A DNA stretch of 57,071 nucleotides, filler included, from Squatina squatina (Eukaryota), in NCBI GenBank assembly GCA_031763465.1. It is 3 parts of 3 records of this genome, joined end to end, with 100 filler letters (N's around TTAATTAATTAA, not from the genome) between each part and the next. Parts side by side here need not be neighbours in the genome. Positions count along the whole stretch, not along the records: positions 1 to 13,423 come from JARFOE010000004.1; positions 13,524 to 30,495 come from JARFOE010000001.1; 1 more part is not named here. The stretch is one strand, 5' to 3'. A program made the translations under genes and the position numbers. Below the pieces are notes generated by a model that saw only the letters and a program-made list of their open reading frames with translations, had not been told where the DNA came from and made no database searches. Every line of letters starts with the position of its first letter. Position 1 is the stretch's first letter. Positions 12,109 to 25,693 of the stretch are shown in pieces.

Positions 12109-12556
12109 CCTCATGGCCTGTTCCATCATTCAATTAGATCATGGTTGATCTGTATCTTAACTCCATCTACCTGCCTTTGATCCATATCCAGTGACCCCCT
12201 TACCTAATAAAAACCTGTCAATCTCAGGCTTGTAAATATAATTTGCCCCAGCATCCACAGCTTTTTGGGGAGACAGCTCCAGGTTTCCATTGCAACTTTG
12301 CATGAAAAAGTGCTTCCTGATTTCACTCCTCAATGGCCTAGCTCTGAATTTAAGGTAGTGCCCCCTTATTCTGGATTCCCCGCTGGAGGAAATAGATTCT
12401 CTGTATCTACCCTATCCAATCCTTTTATCGTTTTAAAGATCTAGATTAGATCGCCCCTCACCCTTCTAAACTCAAAGGAATACGAGCCAAGTTTACACAA
12501 CCTGGCCTCATAATTTAACTCTTTGAGCCCTGGTATCATTCTGGTGAATCTGCATT
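12109..12556 (-). mobile_element. CR1-clade LINE 3' fragment
   Basis: Reverse complement resembles the CR1 ORF2 C-terminus and 3' UTR also seen at 38450-38897 and 41060-41760. Confidence 0.7.
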
Positions 12557-13467
12557 GTTGTAAAAAGAGATACTTGTCATGTACTGATGTTCGGATTCAG
12601 AGCTTGTTCTCAAAAGCAGATTGAAGGTTAGGAACCTCTCAATAGTGGCTGAGCCCAAGATATGATAAAAGAGGATAGCATGCTGATTAATATTGCAAGA
12701 CATTCAGCAGCAAATGCAAAATGTTTATGGTAATAAATAAAATATCCCTTACAAAGCTAAGCAAGGAGTATCTTTAATTATGTTCTGAAAACACATATGT
12801 CATACAATATTTAGCCTACTTGTCCATGTTAGTTATTAAGTAATGCATGTGCCTTATATCCTATAAACTTAGTTAGTCTTGCATATTTTGCTGAGATTTA
12901 CTGAACAGTACAGAATCAGTATAGCAGTGGAAAGATTTGAATTAATAAATCATGTCAGTGGTATTCATTCTTGTGCTTGATTTGTATTCGACTAGGAGGA
13001 TTAATTGTTGGTAGATTTTAAAAATGCATTCATTTTTAACTATATTAGCATATCTTCCATGGCATTGCCTGAAATGAATGATGGGTCTGCTGCTGCTTTA
13101 AGTTACATTAATGACGACACTTCAAAAGTAATTAATTGGCTTTGAAACCCATTGGGATTTTCTGAGGGTGTGAAAGATACTATATAAAGCAAGTTCTTTT
13201 CTTCTAAAGCAAAATACTGCGGATGTTGGAAATCTGAAATAAAAACAGAAATTGCTAGAAATGAAAAACAAAAATTACTAGAAATAATCAGCAGGTCAGG
13301 CAGCTTCTCTGTGGATGACCTTTCATAAGACCTGGACGATGTTCGAGATGTAACTGGTTATAAGCAAGTAGAGGCTGGGAAAGGGGGAGGGGAGGAAAGA
13401 ACAAAAGGGAAGGCCTGTGAGAGNNNNNNNNNNNNNNNNNNNNNNNNNNNNNNNNNNNNNNNNNNNN

Positions 13468-13479
13468 TTAATTAATTAA
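13468..13479. other. Artificial six-frame stop linker TTAATTAATTAA centred in a 100-base gap
   Basis: 44 N + 12 nt + 44 N; identical structure at 30540-30551. Confidence 0.93.
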
Positions 13480-16377
13480 NNNNNNNNNNNNNNNNNNNNN
13501 NNNNNNNNNNNNNNNNNNNNNNNATTAATATGACTAGTACCCTCTGAGAGAGAACTATTCTGAAACATTGACACTGTTAAGCAAACTCTCAATAGAGGAG
13601 TCATTATTATTGAATTTGCACACTGTAATTGTGAACAGATGTGGAGACTGTCAAAAGTCCAGCAGATGTTTGCCTAATGTGGAAACCAACAACATCCTCA
13701 AGAACCATCAAGGTGACAACGACCACCCTTAATTCAAATCAATATTAATCACAAGCAATCCTACACAAAAGGACTGTTAATATCTTTATTCAGACCTGAT
13801 AACGAGATGCATCCCAAGATGACCTGCACAAACAAACGCACAACATTTAGGCCTGTTTTCAGGCAGAGTAGTGGCAGTAAGCTATGGCAAATGGGTCAGG
13901 GAGGCACACTGCCAACAGCCCAGCTCCAAAAGAGCCTGTGAAAATATTCCTCCTGGGAACTCACCAGTCAGTGAGCATGCTGCCCTGCCGCATGTAAATG
14001 ATGAACTTGGTTAAATGATCCCGGTATTTTCCTTGGTTTCTGCTTCTTTGTCACTCCTCCAGCCCCCCAAGACAAAATCCCATAACAAAGGGGCGTTGTG
14101 AAGACCAATAGAGAGTTCCAGAGGCAGTAGAGCAGAGACGGAGACCATAAAAGTCAATTTTAACCTGTTCTACCTGGCATAAACAGGATGGTAGTGGCCC
14201 AGAAATAGCATGGGATCACTCACCACCCAATTTATACTGGTACTCTGGCCACTGTTGTCTTGTGTAGGCTCCTGAGATGGGTGGCCAGAGCGCCTGCCTG
14301 TGTTAGATGGAGGCCACTTGTAATATACAAATCAGGGACCTGTGACACACATAGGACCACAGTCGCTATTTGAGATTCAAATGAGTGGACCGTGCACCGT
14401 GCCTGTTCTTCCCATTTGCACCAGGCATTGAGTGGCCTAGTGTCCTTTCAGGGACCACTGGAGGCTGCTCAAAGAATGGCCCCGGAAGTTTTAAATATAA
14501 TTTTAGTGGGACCAGGAGGAGCAGGAGTGCTTCTTCTGNNNNNNNNNNNNNNNNNNNNNNNNNNNNNNNNNNNNNNNNNNNNNNNNNNNNNNNNNNNNNN
14601 NNNNNNNNNNNNNNNNNNNNNNNNNNNNNNNNNNNNNNTGTGAAAACAAACAGTCAGCCCTCGCTTTTTAAAGCTTACCCGGCCTCCTCTCTCCGCTCCG
14701 ACTCTGGGTCTCTGTAAAAACAAACAGTCAGCCTATCTTCAGTTTAATGAACTAATAGGAGGGCTCCTTTCCTTATACCGCCGGCACTGATAGCTCTGCT
14801 TCCCATGATAGCAGATGCTACATTTGCAACACAAAATTTTACAACGTAGTTTTCTTATAGCCCAGAGGGAGAAGACATAACAAGGGAAGGGTGATATAAC
14901 CCTCAGATTGGGGGAGGCATCCATCTTCTCCCACTACCTCTATGGTTTTGTTGCCAATAATATCCAAAGGGCGTCCTCAAATCTAGACTTCATTTTTCCA
15001 ATGTTTGTTTTATTCCACTTTTACCAATTACATAGAGCTTTATTTATCCAACTAATTCATATACTCTCAATATCCTTGGTCCCTTGTGGTGGCTATAAAG
15101 AAGCCTTTTGCTGTTAATTGCATGGCCGCTATGACATTATAGTCTGAATGATTACATTCAGCACAGTACAATGTATCTACTAATGACTCTGGGACAAAAC
15201 TATATGCAATCAGAGAAAAGCAAACCTGTTATTCATTAACAAACTTAGTGCTAATACAAAGTGACAGTGAATATATTTTATTCAAGCAAACAGGCCCCGA
15301 TGACAGTACTTACAATTCCAAGCGGATTTGATCAAGATAGAATTCACACAGCTTTCGTGGCTCTCACTGATGTTAAATTAGCCAAGGCATAAACTGCATC
15401 CAATAGAAGCACAGAGGCACTTCATTGTATTTACTAGACGATCTTCATCTGGTGTCCTTATGGAAAAGAACTCTAGTATAAAGAATTTGGACCTAACTTT
15501 AGTGTTGGTACATGACGCCATCTTAAATGTATGTAATTGTGTGCTTCTTAAATGTTCATCTAGATGAGCAGTTTGGATTTGTTCAGCCACATTTATATTT
15601 TTAACTGAAGAATTGCCTACTTGCTCTCGTTGAACTGATTTTTAAAATATTCTTGTCCATTTAAAAACAATATTGAAAGCATGTCAGTTTTGGCAATGCT
15701 GCAGCATAGCTCATTGGCACCCTGCTCTACCTAGGATTACTGTTGAGTCAATACATTTGCCCTGTGGCAAGGCGTATGCAGCAAAGTAAGGTCCCCTCAA
15801 AGGTGGGCAGTAAACGAAAGCCTGAAAGATGGGCAGCAATATCTTGCAAGGTCAGCTCATTTAGAAGCAAGCGTGGCCAATGCCTAAAGTAGCAGTGGTC
15901 CCAGTAGAGCTTTGCCAGGACCCTGTTATTAGTTCAATAATATGTTGACATTTCTTTTGAGGTTATGACAATAAATGAAGACTATACTTTTGCTAATTTA
16001 AGTAACATTCAATGATTTCTTGTTTAGTTTTAATAATATAACTGATTTCTTTTATATGTGTGCAATAGCTTACTTTTCCCTCAGTGTGTATTGGTGCTAA
16101 TGATAACAAGAATAGCAACTTGTATTTATATAGCACCTTTAACGTAGTGTAGGTCGCACACTCTGCCCGCTCCTTGCCTGGAGTCTTGCTGTGCACCTGG
16201 TTGCAGCCCGGTTGATCCTGCTACGTGTAGTACAGGGAACCGTCAACTGCCGGGTTCAAATTACAAAGGACTTACAANNNNNNNNNNNNNNNNNNNNNNN
16301 NNNNNNNNNNNNNNNNNNNNNNNNNNNNNNNNNNNNNNNNNNNNNNNNNNNNNNNNNNNNNNNNNNNNNNNNNNNNN

Positions 16378-16538
16378 CTACTAGTTACATCCTCAAAAAA
16401 TTCCAATAAATTTGTCAAGCATGATTTCCCTTTCGTAAATCCATGCTGACTTTGACCGATCCTGTCACTGTTTTCCAAATGCTCTGTTATTACATCTTTA
16501 ATAATGGACTCTAGCATTTTCCCCACTACCGATGTCAT
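16378..16538 (-). mobile_element. CR1 LINE reverse transcriptase fragment
   Basis: TSVVGKMLESIIKD...SQHGFTKGKSCLTNLLEFFEDVTS are canonical CR1 RT motifs. Confidence 0.93.
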
Positions 16539-18254
16539 GATGTAAGGGAATCGAAGTGTAAATCCTTAAATAAACTCCAATTTAGCTTTGTATTAAGTAT
16601 TGATGTCCTAACATACTCAGCTGCCCATGACAGAATTGGCTCGCTGACAAACACCAATGACAGTGCAACAGTGGGTGCTCTTCTATACACAGCAGCACTG
16701 GGTGAAGGCTGTTACTGCCGTTTATTAGTGCGAGACCACATATTTTTCCATGGAAACCACAAATTGATGGCCTTGGCTGTTATTTTCAAACGTTCCCCGA
16801 TTATCTTAATGTATGACATACTGATCTGTACAGATTCTGTATTTTATTTCATATTTTTTCCCCTCAAATTTTCTGCTTCACCTATTCCTTCCGGAATATA
16901 ATGACCAACTCTAGATCCCGTCCCACAGGCACTATTACTTTATTAAATGTATCCTGTAGTGGTCTGTTCCATATTTGCCACACATGATGTTTGTAGGTGT
17001 TTTGCAAAATGTATTTAATTGCAGATCTTTCTGAATGATGTACTGTAGGGGTGTTGAAATTCCTGTTCTATTAACTGCTTTACATGGAGTGAGATGAATC
17101 CCTGGTGAGTCACAACACAGTGTATTAACTTGCCATTCTGTCAGACTTTACTTAGTCAATGCTTTGTTGGCCGTCGATTGCACCTGCAGTTTTAATTCTT
17201 TTGATTGGATTGTTCATACTGTAGCCTTTGCAGCTGTTAGTGGGAGACTTTTTAATAAGTCCTGTTCCTTTTCTCAATTACATGTTTTTATGAGATCTCT
17301 GTCTGCCTCAAAAAGATACATGTTACAGATATTAAGTTGAGCTTGCATCTATGAACTGTTGGGTGCCCAGATTCATTAGGTGTAATTTCCCTCCAAATGG
17401 GCAATAATTCATTTACTGCTGATTTTGACCCAAGATCTTAATTTTCCCCTTGGTTGGATTTTTTTTAATGTTGTAATGTCTACAAAGCTTATTTTTCATT
17501 TCGGGTTAGCCAAGTTCATCAGCCATCAGCCATGAAAATGCTAGGGAACAATAGGTTGATAGATATCATCTATTGAATAACACAGTGCTGCTCTATGGCT
17601 ACTGAACAACCTCACTATCTCTCGTCCAGTTTTCGTCCAAGGCCAACACCACTCATCTCTCTCACATGCAGCCCCCAGTCTCAGCTATCTTCCACCCACT
17701 ATTTTGCTGATAGAATCAATTAATAATTTACTCTATTGCTATTTCTGAGCAACTAACTCATATAGGAAAACTATCTGAGGCTATTTGTTGAAGGTGCCTA
17801 AAGTATTGTTACTCTCTTGTCTCAATACTAATATTTCTATATTGACTTGTTTCCTGAGTTCTTTTCTGTCATAGTTGCACTCTGTATATACCCAATATCT
17901 TCCAGAAACAGAAAATACTGAAACTGAGAATCTTGCGTTCACTTTCTATGCCTCACTAATTTAAAGGGTAACTGGGATAATGAGACAATTATCAAACCTT
18001 CACTTTAGTTACACTGTTACTGCTTTTCAGTTACAGATGATGTCCAGCTTTTTCAATTGTCCTGATCCAATTGAAATTCACTATTTTAGCTGATTGTAAT
18101 CCTGATGCCCGTGGCCACCCTCTCTTTAGTCAAGGTCATTATCTCAGTTTTTTCAGTGTTTATTCAGAGCTTTAAATTTCTGCCTGCACTTTCTACCACT
18201 TCAGTAAAATTTGTAGGATATGATCATCATCGGTGATCAGTGCTATATCCTCTA

Positions 18255-19040
18255 CAATTCAAAGATTGTTAGTAAATTTTGCTTATGCCAATGTCAGTTA
18301 ATGCATTTTTGGAGGGGGAAAATGTGGGAGTATGCTTTCAATGGAAAGACGCTGAAGAGTGTGGGGACACAGAGTTCAAACCAAGCGGGGTTCAAATACA
18401 TAATTCCCTGAATGCGCATGTGAATAAAGCTATAAAAAGGCCAAAGGCATTTGGGTTTATAAACAGGGGCTCAGAGCACAAGAACAAACAAGATAGGATA
18501 AATCTGTGCATTGCAATAGTGAGGCCACAGAGCATTATGTGCAGTTTTGGGCACCCCATCATAGAAAGTACATCAAAGGCAGAGACTGCATCGTGCAGAT
18601 GTATTGGGCCAATACCAGGGCTGAGAAATTAGTTATGGAGGAGATATTGGAGATTCTGGGACTATTTGCACTTAAGCAGAGAAAGATAATATATTTTTTG
18701 AAATGATAAAAAAAATTTGGCAAGATAAAAAAGAAAAGATATTTCCTCTGATCAGGAAGTAAGTGTTGATGGGTCAATTTAAAATTGCCACAGAATGAGT
18801 GAAGTTAGGAGATATTTCTTTGAATAGAGAATAGTTAAAAGCATAGAATGTTTTGCCACAGTAGATAGTTGATTCAGAGACTATTGTATCTTTTAAAATG
18901 AACAGCAGATTAATTGTATGAAACAAGTGAAGATACAAGACTATGAGAACAGAAAGGGCAGTGGGAACAGGTTTGTCTTACTCTAGCTAAAAATCAGCAC
19001 AGACACCATGGTCTCTGGTGCTGTACAATTTCTGTGGTGT
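18255..19040 (+). mobile_element. Highly degenerate CR1 LINE 3' portion
   Basis: Frameshifted remnants GVQIHNSL, GFINRG and YVQFWAPH. Confidence 0.75.
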
Positions 19041-19460
19041 GATTGTCCCAGTCCTTTGCTCCACAAGTCCTGAGTGTTTCAGCTGCTTACACAGTAGTCT
19101 AATGTTTCTCAGATCTCTTGGTCCATTCAAAAAAAGTACACAAAACTTCAACGACATTTTCTCAATCATTTGTAAATAGACGTTTTGCCCTTGACAAGCA
19201 TATTTTAATACTGCATGTTAAAAATAGGCTGTAATTTTCAGCTTAGAAGCGAGAGCACATCTAAGTTTAGAAGTCATACAATTAGAACACAGAAATTAAA
19301 TTTCAGAACTCCAAGGAAGAGGATTGTTCGCCAACACTGTTTGGGAAACTTTTAAATTACNNNNNNNNNNNNNNNNNNNNNNNNNNNNNNNNNNNNNNNN
19401 NNNNNNNNNNNNNNNNNNNNNNNNNNNNNNNNNNNNNNNNNNNNNNNNNNNNNNNNNNNN

Positions 19461-19590
19461 TAAGTTAGCTTGACTCCATCCCATTTCCATGAAGCTTCCC
19501 ACTGGAGTGTTGCAGCGAGGAATATGGAGAAGAGTGTCTGTGCAATGGCACAACCTTGCTTGACCTCAGTATGGACAAAACTAAGATCTG
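19461..19590 (-). mobile_element. RTE-like LINE RT fragment
   Basis: VKQGCAIAQTLFSIFLAA resembles the RTE motif GVKQGCVLAPTLFSIF. Confidence 0.7.
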
Positions 19591-20902
19591 TCAAAATTTC
19601 AATAGAAGATGAAAAATTGTCATCATTTAAAATTTAACTTAATTTTTCAAGTTTTTTTAAGTCTTTGCCTTGAACCTTTGGCACCGACGTCTGGAAGGAA
19701 TTGCTTCAGTCAATAGGACCAAAAGTTTTAAGGTGAAATGGGAAACACATTACAGGTGAACGTTTGGAGATAAATGAGATTCCCCTCCAATGTGTTTGAT
19801 GTTGGTGAGCCCAATCTGCTTTACATTTATCTTTTTGTTGCTAATCAGATTCCTATGAATCATCTGCACTCCATCTTCAGTTGCAAGTTAAAAAGGAGGT
19901 AATGCTACCATTATGGTTGTTTTTATTTGGCTTTGATTTATTGCTACAAATGATAAAAGAAAAAGTGCAAAACCCAGGCATGTCAGCCCCCATCAGATGG
20001 CACACGGGCTCAGAGATTATTACGAGCCTGCAGGCGTGCACTAGAAGTTTGTGGTATCAAAATCAGTCATAGAGGAAAGAGAATACAAAGTTTCAGCACT
20101 TTTTAATATTGCACATCAATAAGCAAAATAGCATTTAANNNNNNNNNNNNNNNNNNNNNNNNNNNNNNNNNNNNNNNNNNNNNNNNNNNNNNNNNNNNNN
20201 NNNNNNNNNNNNNNNNNNNNNNNNNNNNNNNNNNNNNNGTTTGGATAACCCAGCTTTACTGTAATTGCTGCTTTCTGTGTAATACAAAATCTGATGGGCT
20301 TCAATAAAACTACCATTTTCTTTGTCAATATCTTGCTTATTAGTTGGGTACTAGGATAATTGAAGGACAGTGTGGTTTCAAAAATATACACTTGGATGTT
20401 TCAGAGTTAACAATCTCAAAGCTAATGTGATTAATGTCAGTTACTAAGAGCTGGGATAAGCAAACAAAATTGATTTATTTTAGCTTAGTCTCCATTTAAA
20501 CTAAACTGAATGTTATCTAACCACTGGCAAATGTTCCAAGTGTCATTAACACTTTTTCAACAGTAGTAGCAGTTTTATGAGGGTACACTGTGTTATCAGC
20601 ATATAAACAGATTTTGGAATGTGAACAACCTCATATTAATAGTTTCCTAAGGCCTTCTGACATTGTTAACTGAACTGAGTGTGAGTAATAGCATATTAGC
20701 TTAGCCTTTCCCAATATTACTAAATAGAAAGCTCTAATATTCCCTCATTGCTATGTAGCAGTTAGAAGCCAAGTCTTCAAGCGTAGAGAAACTGGCAACA
20801 TGTGTGAATATAACAAGCTCAAGATTGCCAGCCAGCTAAACAATGTTTTTATCTTACATTAGATTTCTTATATTCCTACATTTGAATTCATGGCCCGTAT
20901 CT

Positions 20903-21255
20903 GCCGTGGTTCAGTGGGTAGCACTCTTACCTCTGAGTCAAGTCCCACTCCATGGAATGATGGAGCAGGTTCGAAGGGCCGAATGACCTAGCCCTGGTCC
21001 TATCTCTTATGTTCTTATGTAAACCGAGGCGCCATCTGCTCCCTCAGGTGGAAGTAAATTATCCCATGGTACTATTTCAAATAACAGGTGTCCTGGCCAA
21101 TACTTATATCTCAATCAACATCACTGCAACAGTTTATCTGGTCAGTGTCACATTGCTGTATGTGGGAGCTTACTGTGTGTAATTGATTGCTGCGTTTCCA
21201 ACAATACAGCAGGGACTACACTTCAAAAGTATTTCATTGACTGTGAAGCGCTTTG
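20903..21255 (+). mobile_element. tRNA-derived SINE (Deu/SacSINE-like) with a short CR1-type 3' tail nested at about 20953-21020
   Basis: tRNA-like head gccgtggttcagtgggtagcactctt..ctctgagtca. Body shared with copies at 22210-22630 (-), 23455-23735 (+) and 24185-24345 (-). Confidence 0.7.
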
Positions 21256-22209
21256 NNNNNNNNNNNNNNNNNNNNNNNNNNNNNNNNNNNNNNNNNNNNN
21301 NNNNNNNNNNNNNNNNNNNNNNNNNNNNNNNNNNNNNNNNNNNNNNNNNNNNNNNAGTACCTTTTCAAAAAGGCATCACCTTTTGTAGAAGAGGATATAA
21401 TGGACAAAGGCTGTCCTTATGTCCAGATTCGTTTTCTGTGTCAAATATGTGTAAGGAGACACATTAAAAATAATCCTGTTTTCCTCTGTGCTTCCCTCCA
21501 CCACCCTTATGCCACATTTGAAAATTTATGTGAAGGCCGTGGTGGTTCCCCTACCCCTCATCTGCTTTGCTTTGCTTGATCTTTTCAGTCCAAGAGACTG
21601 ATATGAGACCGGACTTGTTTCAAAGAATCACCACTGTTGAAACACTTTAAAGAAAGCAGCCCTACTTCCTGCCGTGTGATAAAGATCTTCACAGGTAAAA
21701 TAGCGCGATTACTGATGTGCAGACTGGAATGTGTGCAACAGCATGAAACAGCACCAGCCAGATGAAGAGATTTTATTCAGTTATCTTTAAAGCCGCCATC
21801 TCCCTCACCATCTGCACATTCCTCCATACAAAACAGAGGGGGTGAAAAAGTCTTGATGCCTTCAGTTTTTTTTTTAGATAATGGAGAAAGGTAATCTTTC
21901 GGGTCAACTGTGCCTTAATAATGTACAACTGCATTCAGGAACTGGATAAAAGTTTGCTTTGATCTCTATTTTATGATGGTAGCAGCAAGAATAATAATAA
22001 AAAATAAACTTTGATCCTCTTTTGAAAGTGGAAGGGAAGTTTCCCCCCCTCCCAGGATGTGAGAGTGATTATTTACAGGAGGATTTCGTCCTCCAAAGGT
22101 GAGGGCTCCCACCAGGTTCTGCACAGTTCCCTGGCTGTCAACATTTCTCCCAAACCAGCTCCATCAGAAAACATTGCAACTGCTCGCTCACCTCATTGTG
22201 AATGGTAGA

Positions 22210-22630
22210 ATAGGAAAGGATTGCATTTATATAGTGCCTTCGCTGCCTTGGGATGCCCCAAAGTACTTCACAGCCAATAAGTACTTTTTTTAATTTGAAG
22301 TGTTGTAATATAGGAAATAAGGCAGCCAATTTACACACAGAAATGATCAGATAATCTGTTTTAGTGGTGTAGGTTGAGGGATAAATAATGGCCAGAGCAC
22401 CAGGGAGAACTCCCCTACTTTTCTTCTAATAGTGCCGTGTAATCTTTTACGTCCACCTGAAAAGGCAGATGGGGGCCTTGGTTTAACTTCTCATCTGAAA
22501 GGCGCACCTGCCACAGTGCTGCACTGTCGTGTCAGCCTGGATTATGTGGTCAAGACTCTGGAGCGGGGCTTGAACCCACAAACTTCTGACTCAGAGACGA
22601 GTGTGCTACCTACCGAGCCACAGTTGGCAC
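22210..22630 (-). mobile_element. tRNA-derived SINE, near full length
   Basis: Minus strand begins tggctcggtaggtagcacactcgtctctgagtcagaagtttgtgggttcaagcccc (A-box and B-box like) and ends in an L2-type tail. Confidence 0.78.
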
Positions 22631-23454
22631 ATGTCCTGTATATTGTTTAAAAGACTGATTAAATACATCTAGGTTTCAGGAAACACATTTAGAATTGGGC
22701 ACACTGCTTCCAAATGCTGTTGTCAGCTCTCCAAATTCAGTAGAGGTGGGAGTATCTGGTTTCATGCCACTCGAGAACTTTTTAAATGTTTACATTAAAA
22801 ATAGTGTATTCTGGTTAATGTGGAAACATTTTTGTTACTTCAAAGAATTTACAGCACAGAAACAGGCTATTCAGCCCAACAGGCCCATGCTGGTGTTTAT
22901 GCTCCACACAAGCCTTCATTATTTATAGAATTTTTTAAAACCCAAAACACCAAAACATTAACTTGTCCGTTCTCTCTATAGAGTTAAACGAGCTGTGGTT
23001 TTCTGCCAGCATTTGCTGCCTTTGTTTCAGAATTCCAGCATCGGCATTATTTTTCTTTTTCCCACAAATGGACAGTGCTGGAGAGAGGCAAAGGGACAGG
23101 GAGAGTTTGTGGAATGAGCCTGGTATAGAGAATGAGACTCCAACAGATGGGGTGAGGGAGACTAGGATAGGGGAGCGTGAAACTGGGGTCAGGGACATCA
23201 AAGTGCAGGCAGAAAAAGACAAGGATCCGAGAGAACCACAAGAGCTGGAGAGACACCCAGAATNNNNNNNNNNNNNNNNNNNNNNNNNNNNNNNNNNNNN
23301 NNNNNNNNNNNNNNNNNNNNNNNNNNNNNNNNNNNNNNNNNNNNNNNNNNNNNNNNNNNNNNNGGGGCAAAGTCGGGCTATGTTCCAGAGGTGAAAATAA
23401 GCGGTCTTAATGATGAAGTGTGGTGAGAAGCTCAACTTGGGGTCAAATAGTGTC

Positions 23455-23735
23455 AGCCTTGACTCAGAGGTAACATGTATGCTTCAGAATCAGAAGGTCG
23501 TAGGTTCAAGCCCAACTCCAGAGACTTGAGGACATAATCTCAGCTGGCACTTCTGTGCAGTACTGAGAGGATGCTGCACTGGCGGGAGTGCCATCTTTTA
23601 GATGGAACATCAAACTGAGACCCCGTCTTCCCTCTCAGGTGGAAGTAAAAGATCCATGGCACTATTTGAAGAAGGTGTCCTGGTTAATATTTATCCCTCA
23701 ATCAATATTACTAAAACATATTAACTGGTCATGGA
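23455..23735 (+). mobile_element. tRNA-derived SINE
   Basis: cagaaggtcgtaggttcaagccc B-box-like sequence, with a body similar to the other copies. Confidence 0.7.
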
Positions 23736-25289
23736 CCCCCAGGGAATGTTTGGATGGAAGACAAGCACGAAGGTGTGGAGCGTGTGCAGGAGCAGCCCAT
23801 GCAGGAAATTCCTCTGCGTACAATAGAATGGCATGGAGGGATTTTCCGAGAGACGGCTCAAGTTGTGAGCAATGCTTATCTGTAGCTGGATAATCCTTTG
23901 GTTAAAGGAAGACTGAGAAGTTAGGCAGAAAAATTGCCACACCATGTGTGGCTTTTCTTTCATAGGTTAACCTGAGATCATTACAATTCTCTAACATCTT
24001 AACACTGGAAATCTTGTAATACACGTGTCTCTTAAATTGGTTAATGATAAAGTAGAGGAAGCTTATTTGAGAATCTCTGATATATAAGCTGGTGTTTTGA
24101 CACTAGTTATTAATGAGATAATTAATATTTTTAGCTTAAGAGTTAGAGTGTTCTCCGTAAAAAGTAAAAAGGACAGGAAGTGCATCACTCCCCCGTTCTT
24201 CTTCAAATAGCGCCATGGGATTTTTATGCCCATTTAAGAGGGCAGACTGGGCCTTGGTTTAACATCTGATCTAAAAGACTGCACCTCCAACGGTGCAGCA
24301 CTCCCTCAGTACTGCATTGAAGTTTCAGCCTAGATCTTGTGCATATTACCGTTTAAAGACTAATAAGGATAATATCATTTGTATTGACTGTAAACTGCTG
24401 CTATTAACGCTTTGTGTGTTATTTTGGTACATGTGTGTGATTAAAATGATAAGCATATTGTTCAGTGTTAGCATCGGTTGACTACAATCAGCATTGCCCG
24501 GAGCACAGACTCAAAGTTGCTGCTCCAACAGGCTTTATCCAATCAGCGGTCTGCAGAAGTAAGACAAATAGGGGTGATTGTATTTCAGGTAAGCATAGAG
24601 GTCTTACTTTACTTTTGAATGACGCCTTGAAAGGACTACTGCAGAGAAGAATGGAGTCTTTATGCAGTTGCTTGAATTGACCTGAGTATCTGGAGGGCAT
24701 GTCAAGATGGTAACAGCATCCTATTGTACAATGAAAGACCCTTGTCTGTTTTTTGATTCATTATCAGTCCACTGAGAATCAAGACAAATCTGCTGAAACT
24801 GCTGTTTGTTTTGTATAAGTTAAGTGGTCACAATAAAATAAACTGACAGATAACACTGCACTGCAGTGAAGGCGGTACACACGGAACAGGGAGCTTCAGC
24901 AGAGAGATGCCTTGCTGTGTGTAATATTTATCTCTAAATCTCAGCAAAACAAATGTTGGGAAAATATAAGATGTGAACACATTGATATTGAAATCCTGCT
25001 GTGATAGAGGTCACCAGCATAATAAAAAATCAATAAACAGTGATTTACTGACCTCTTAATAAAACAGCAGATACATAACTCACGATCACATTCTACACTA
25101 TCTGGTGTGCTACTGGGCTATTAGAGTGGTGAGATCCCAGGTTCCCTCGCTCATCTGTATTGAGTTGGCTGACCTCAGCCAAGGCAGTGCAAAGATTGCT
25201 CTTTCAGAGAACCAGCACAGGCATGATTAGCTGAATTACCTCCTTCTGCCATGTAGTATTTCATGATATATTTTTTTTATTCATTCAAT

Positions 25290-25693
25290 GGATGGCTCAA
25301 CTGTGGCTTACAAAAGAAATTAGGGATAGTATTAGATCCAAAGAGGAGATGTATAAAATTGCCAGAAAAAGCAGCAAGCCTGAGGATTGGGAGCAGTTTA
25401 GGATTCAGCAAAGGAGGACAAAGAGACTGATTAAGAGGGGGGAAATGCAGTATGAGAGTAAACTTGCAGGGAACATAAACTGACTGTAAAAGCTTCTATA
25501 AATATGTGAAGAGAAAAAGATTAGTGAAGACAAATGTCAGAAATAGGGGAAATTATAATGGGGAACAAAGAAATGGCAGAACAATTAAACACATACTTTG
25601 GTTCTGTCTTCACAATAGAGGACACAAATAACCTCCCAGAAATGTTAGGGAACCAAGGGTCTAGTGAGAGGGAGGAACTGAGGGAAATCAGTA
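25290..25693 (+). mobile_element. CR1 LINE ORF2 fragment (linker upstream of RT)
   Basis: WLTKEIRDSIRSKEEMYK...EMAEQLNTYFGSVFTIED with stop and frameshift. Confidence 0.9.

Noticed and set aside
14739-14924. Minus-strand ORF starting MDA as a candidate first exon of the ARH-like gene
   Set aside because: Similarity to ARH (MDALKSAGRALIRSP) stops after three residues, and I found no suitable phase-1 donor. Exon 1 probably lies in a gap.
21590-21694. AG...GT-bounded segment as a possible MYOT 5' exon; also a donor CAG|gtaagc near 24589
   Set aside because: Only splice-like dinucleotides, with no recognisable coding similarity. Cannot be supported without transcripts.
22530-22630. tRNA-like A-box and B-box sequences (also near 20903 and 23455)
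   Set aside because: They are heads of multi-copy SINEs continuing into a shared SINE body, not tRNA genes.
19218-22805. MEF2-like TTAAAAATAG sites (about 19218 and 22795) upstream of MYOT
   Set aside because: Such AT-rich 10-mers are expected by chance in this sequence, and no conservation data are available.
22963-23394. 143-aa charged ORF
   Set aside because: Built from a repeat fragment, purine-rich low-complexity sequence, a gap and an antisense L2 piece.
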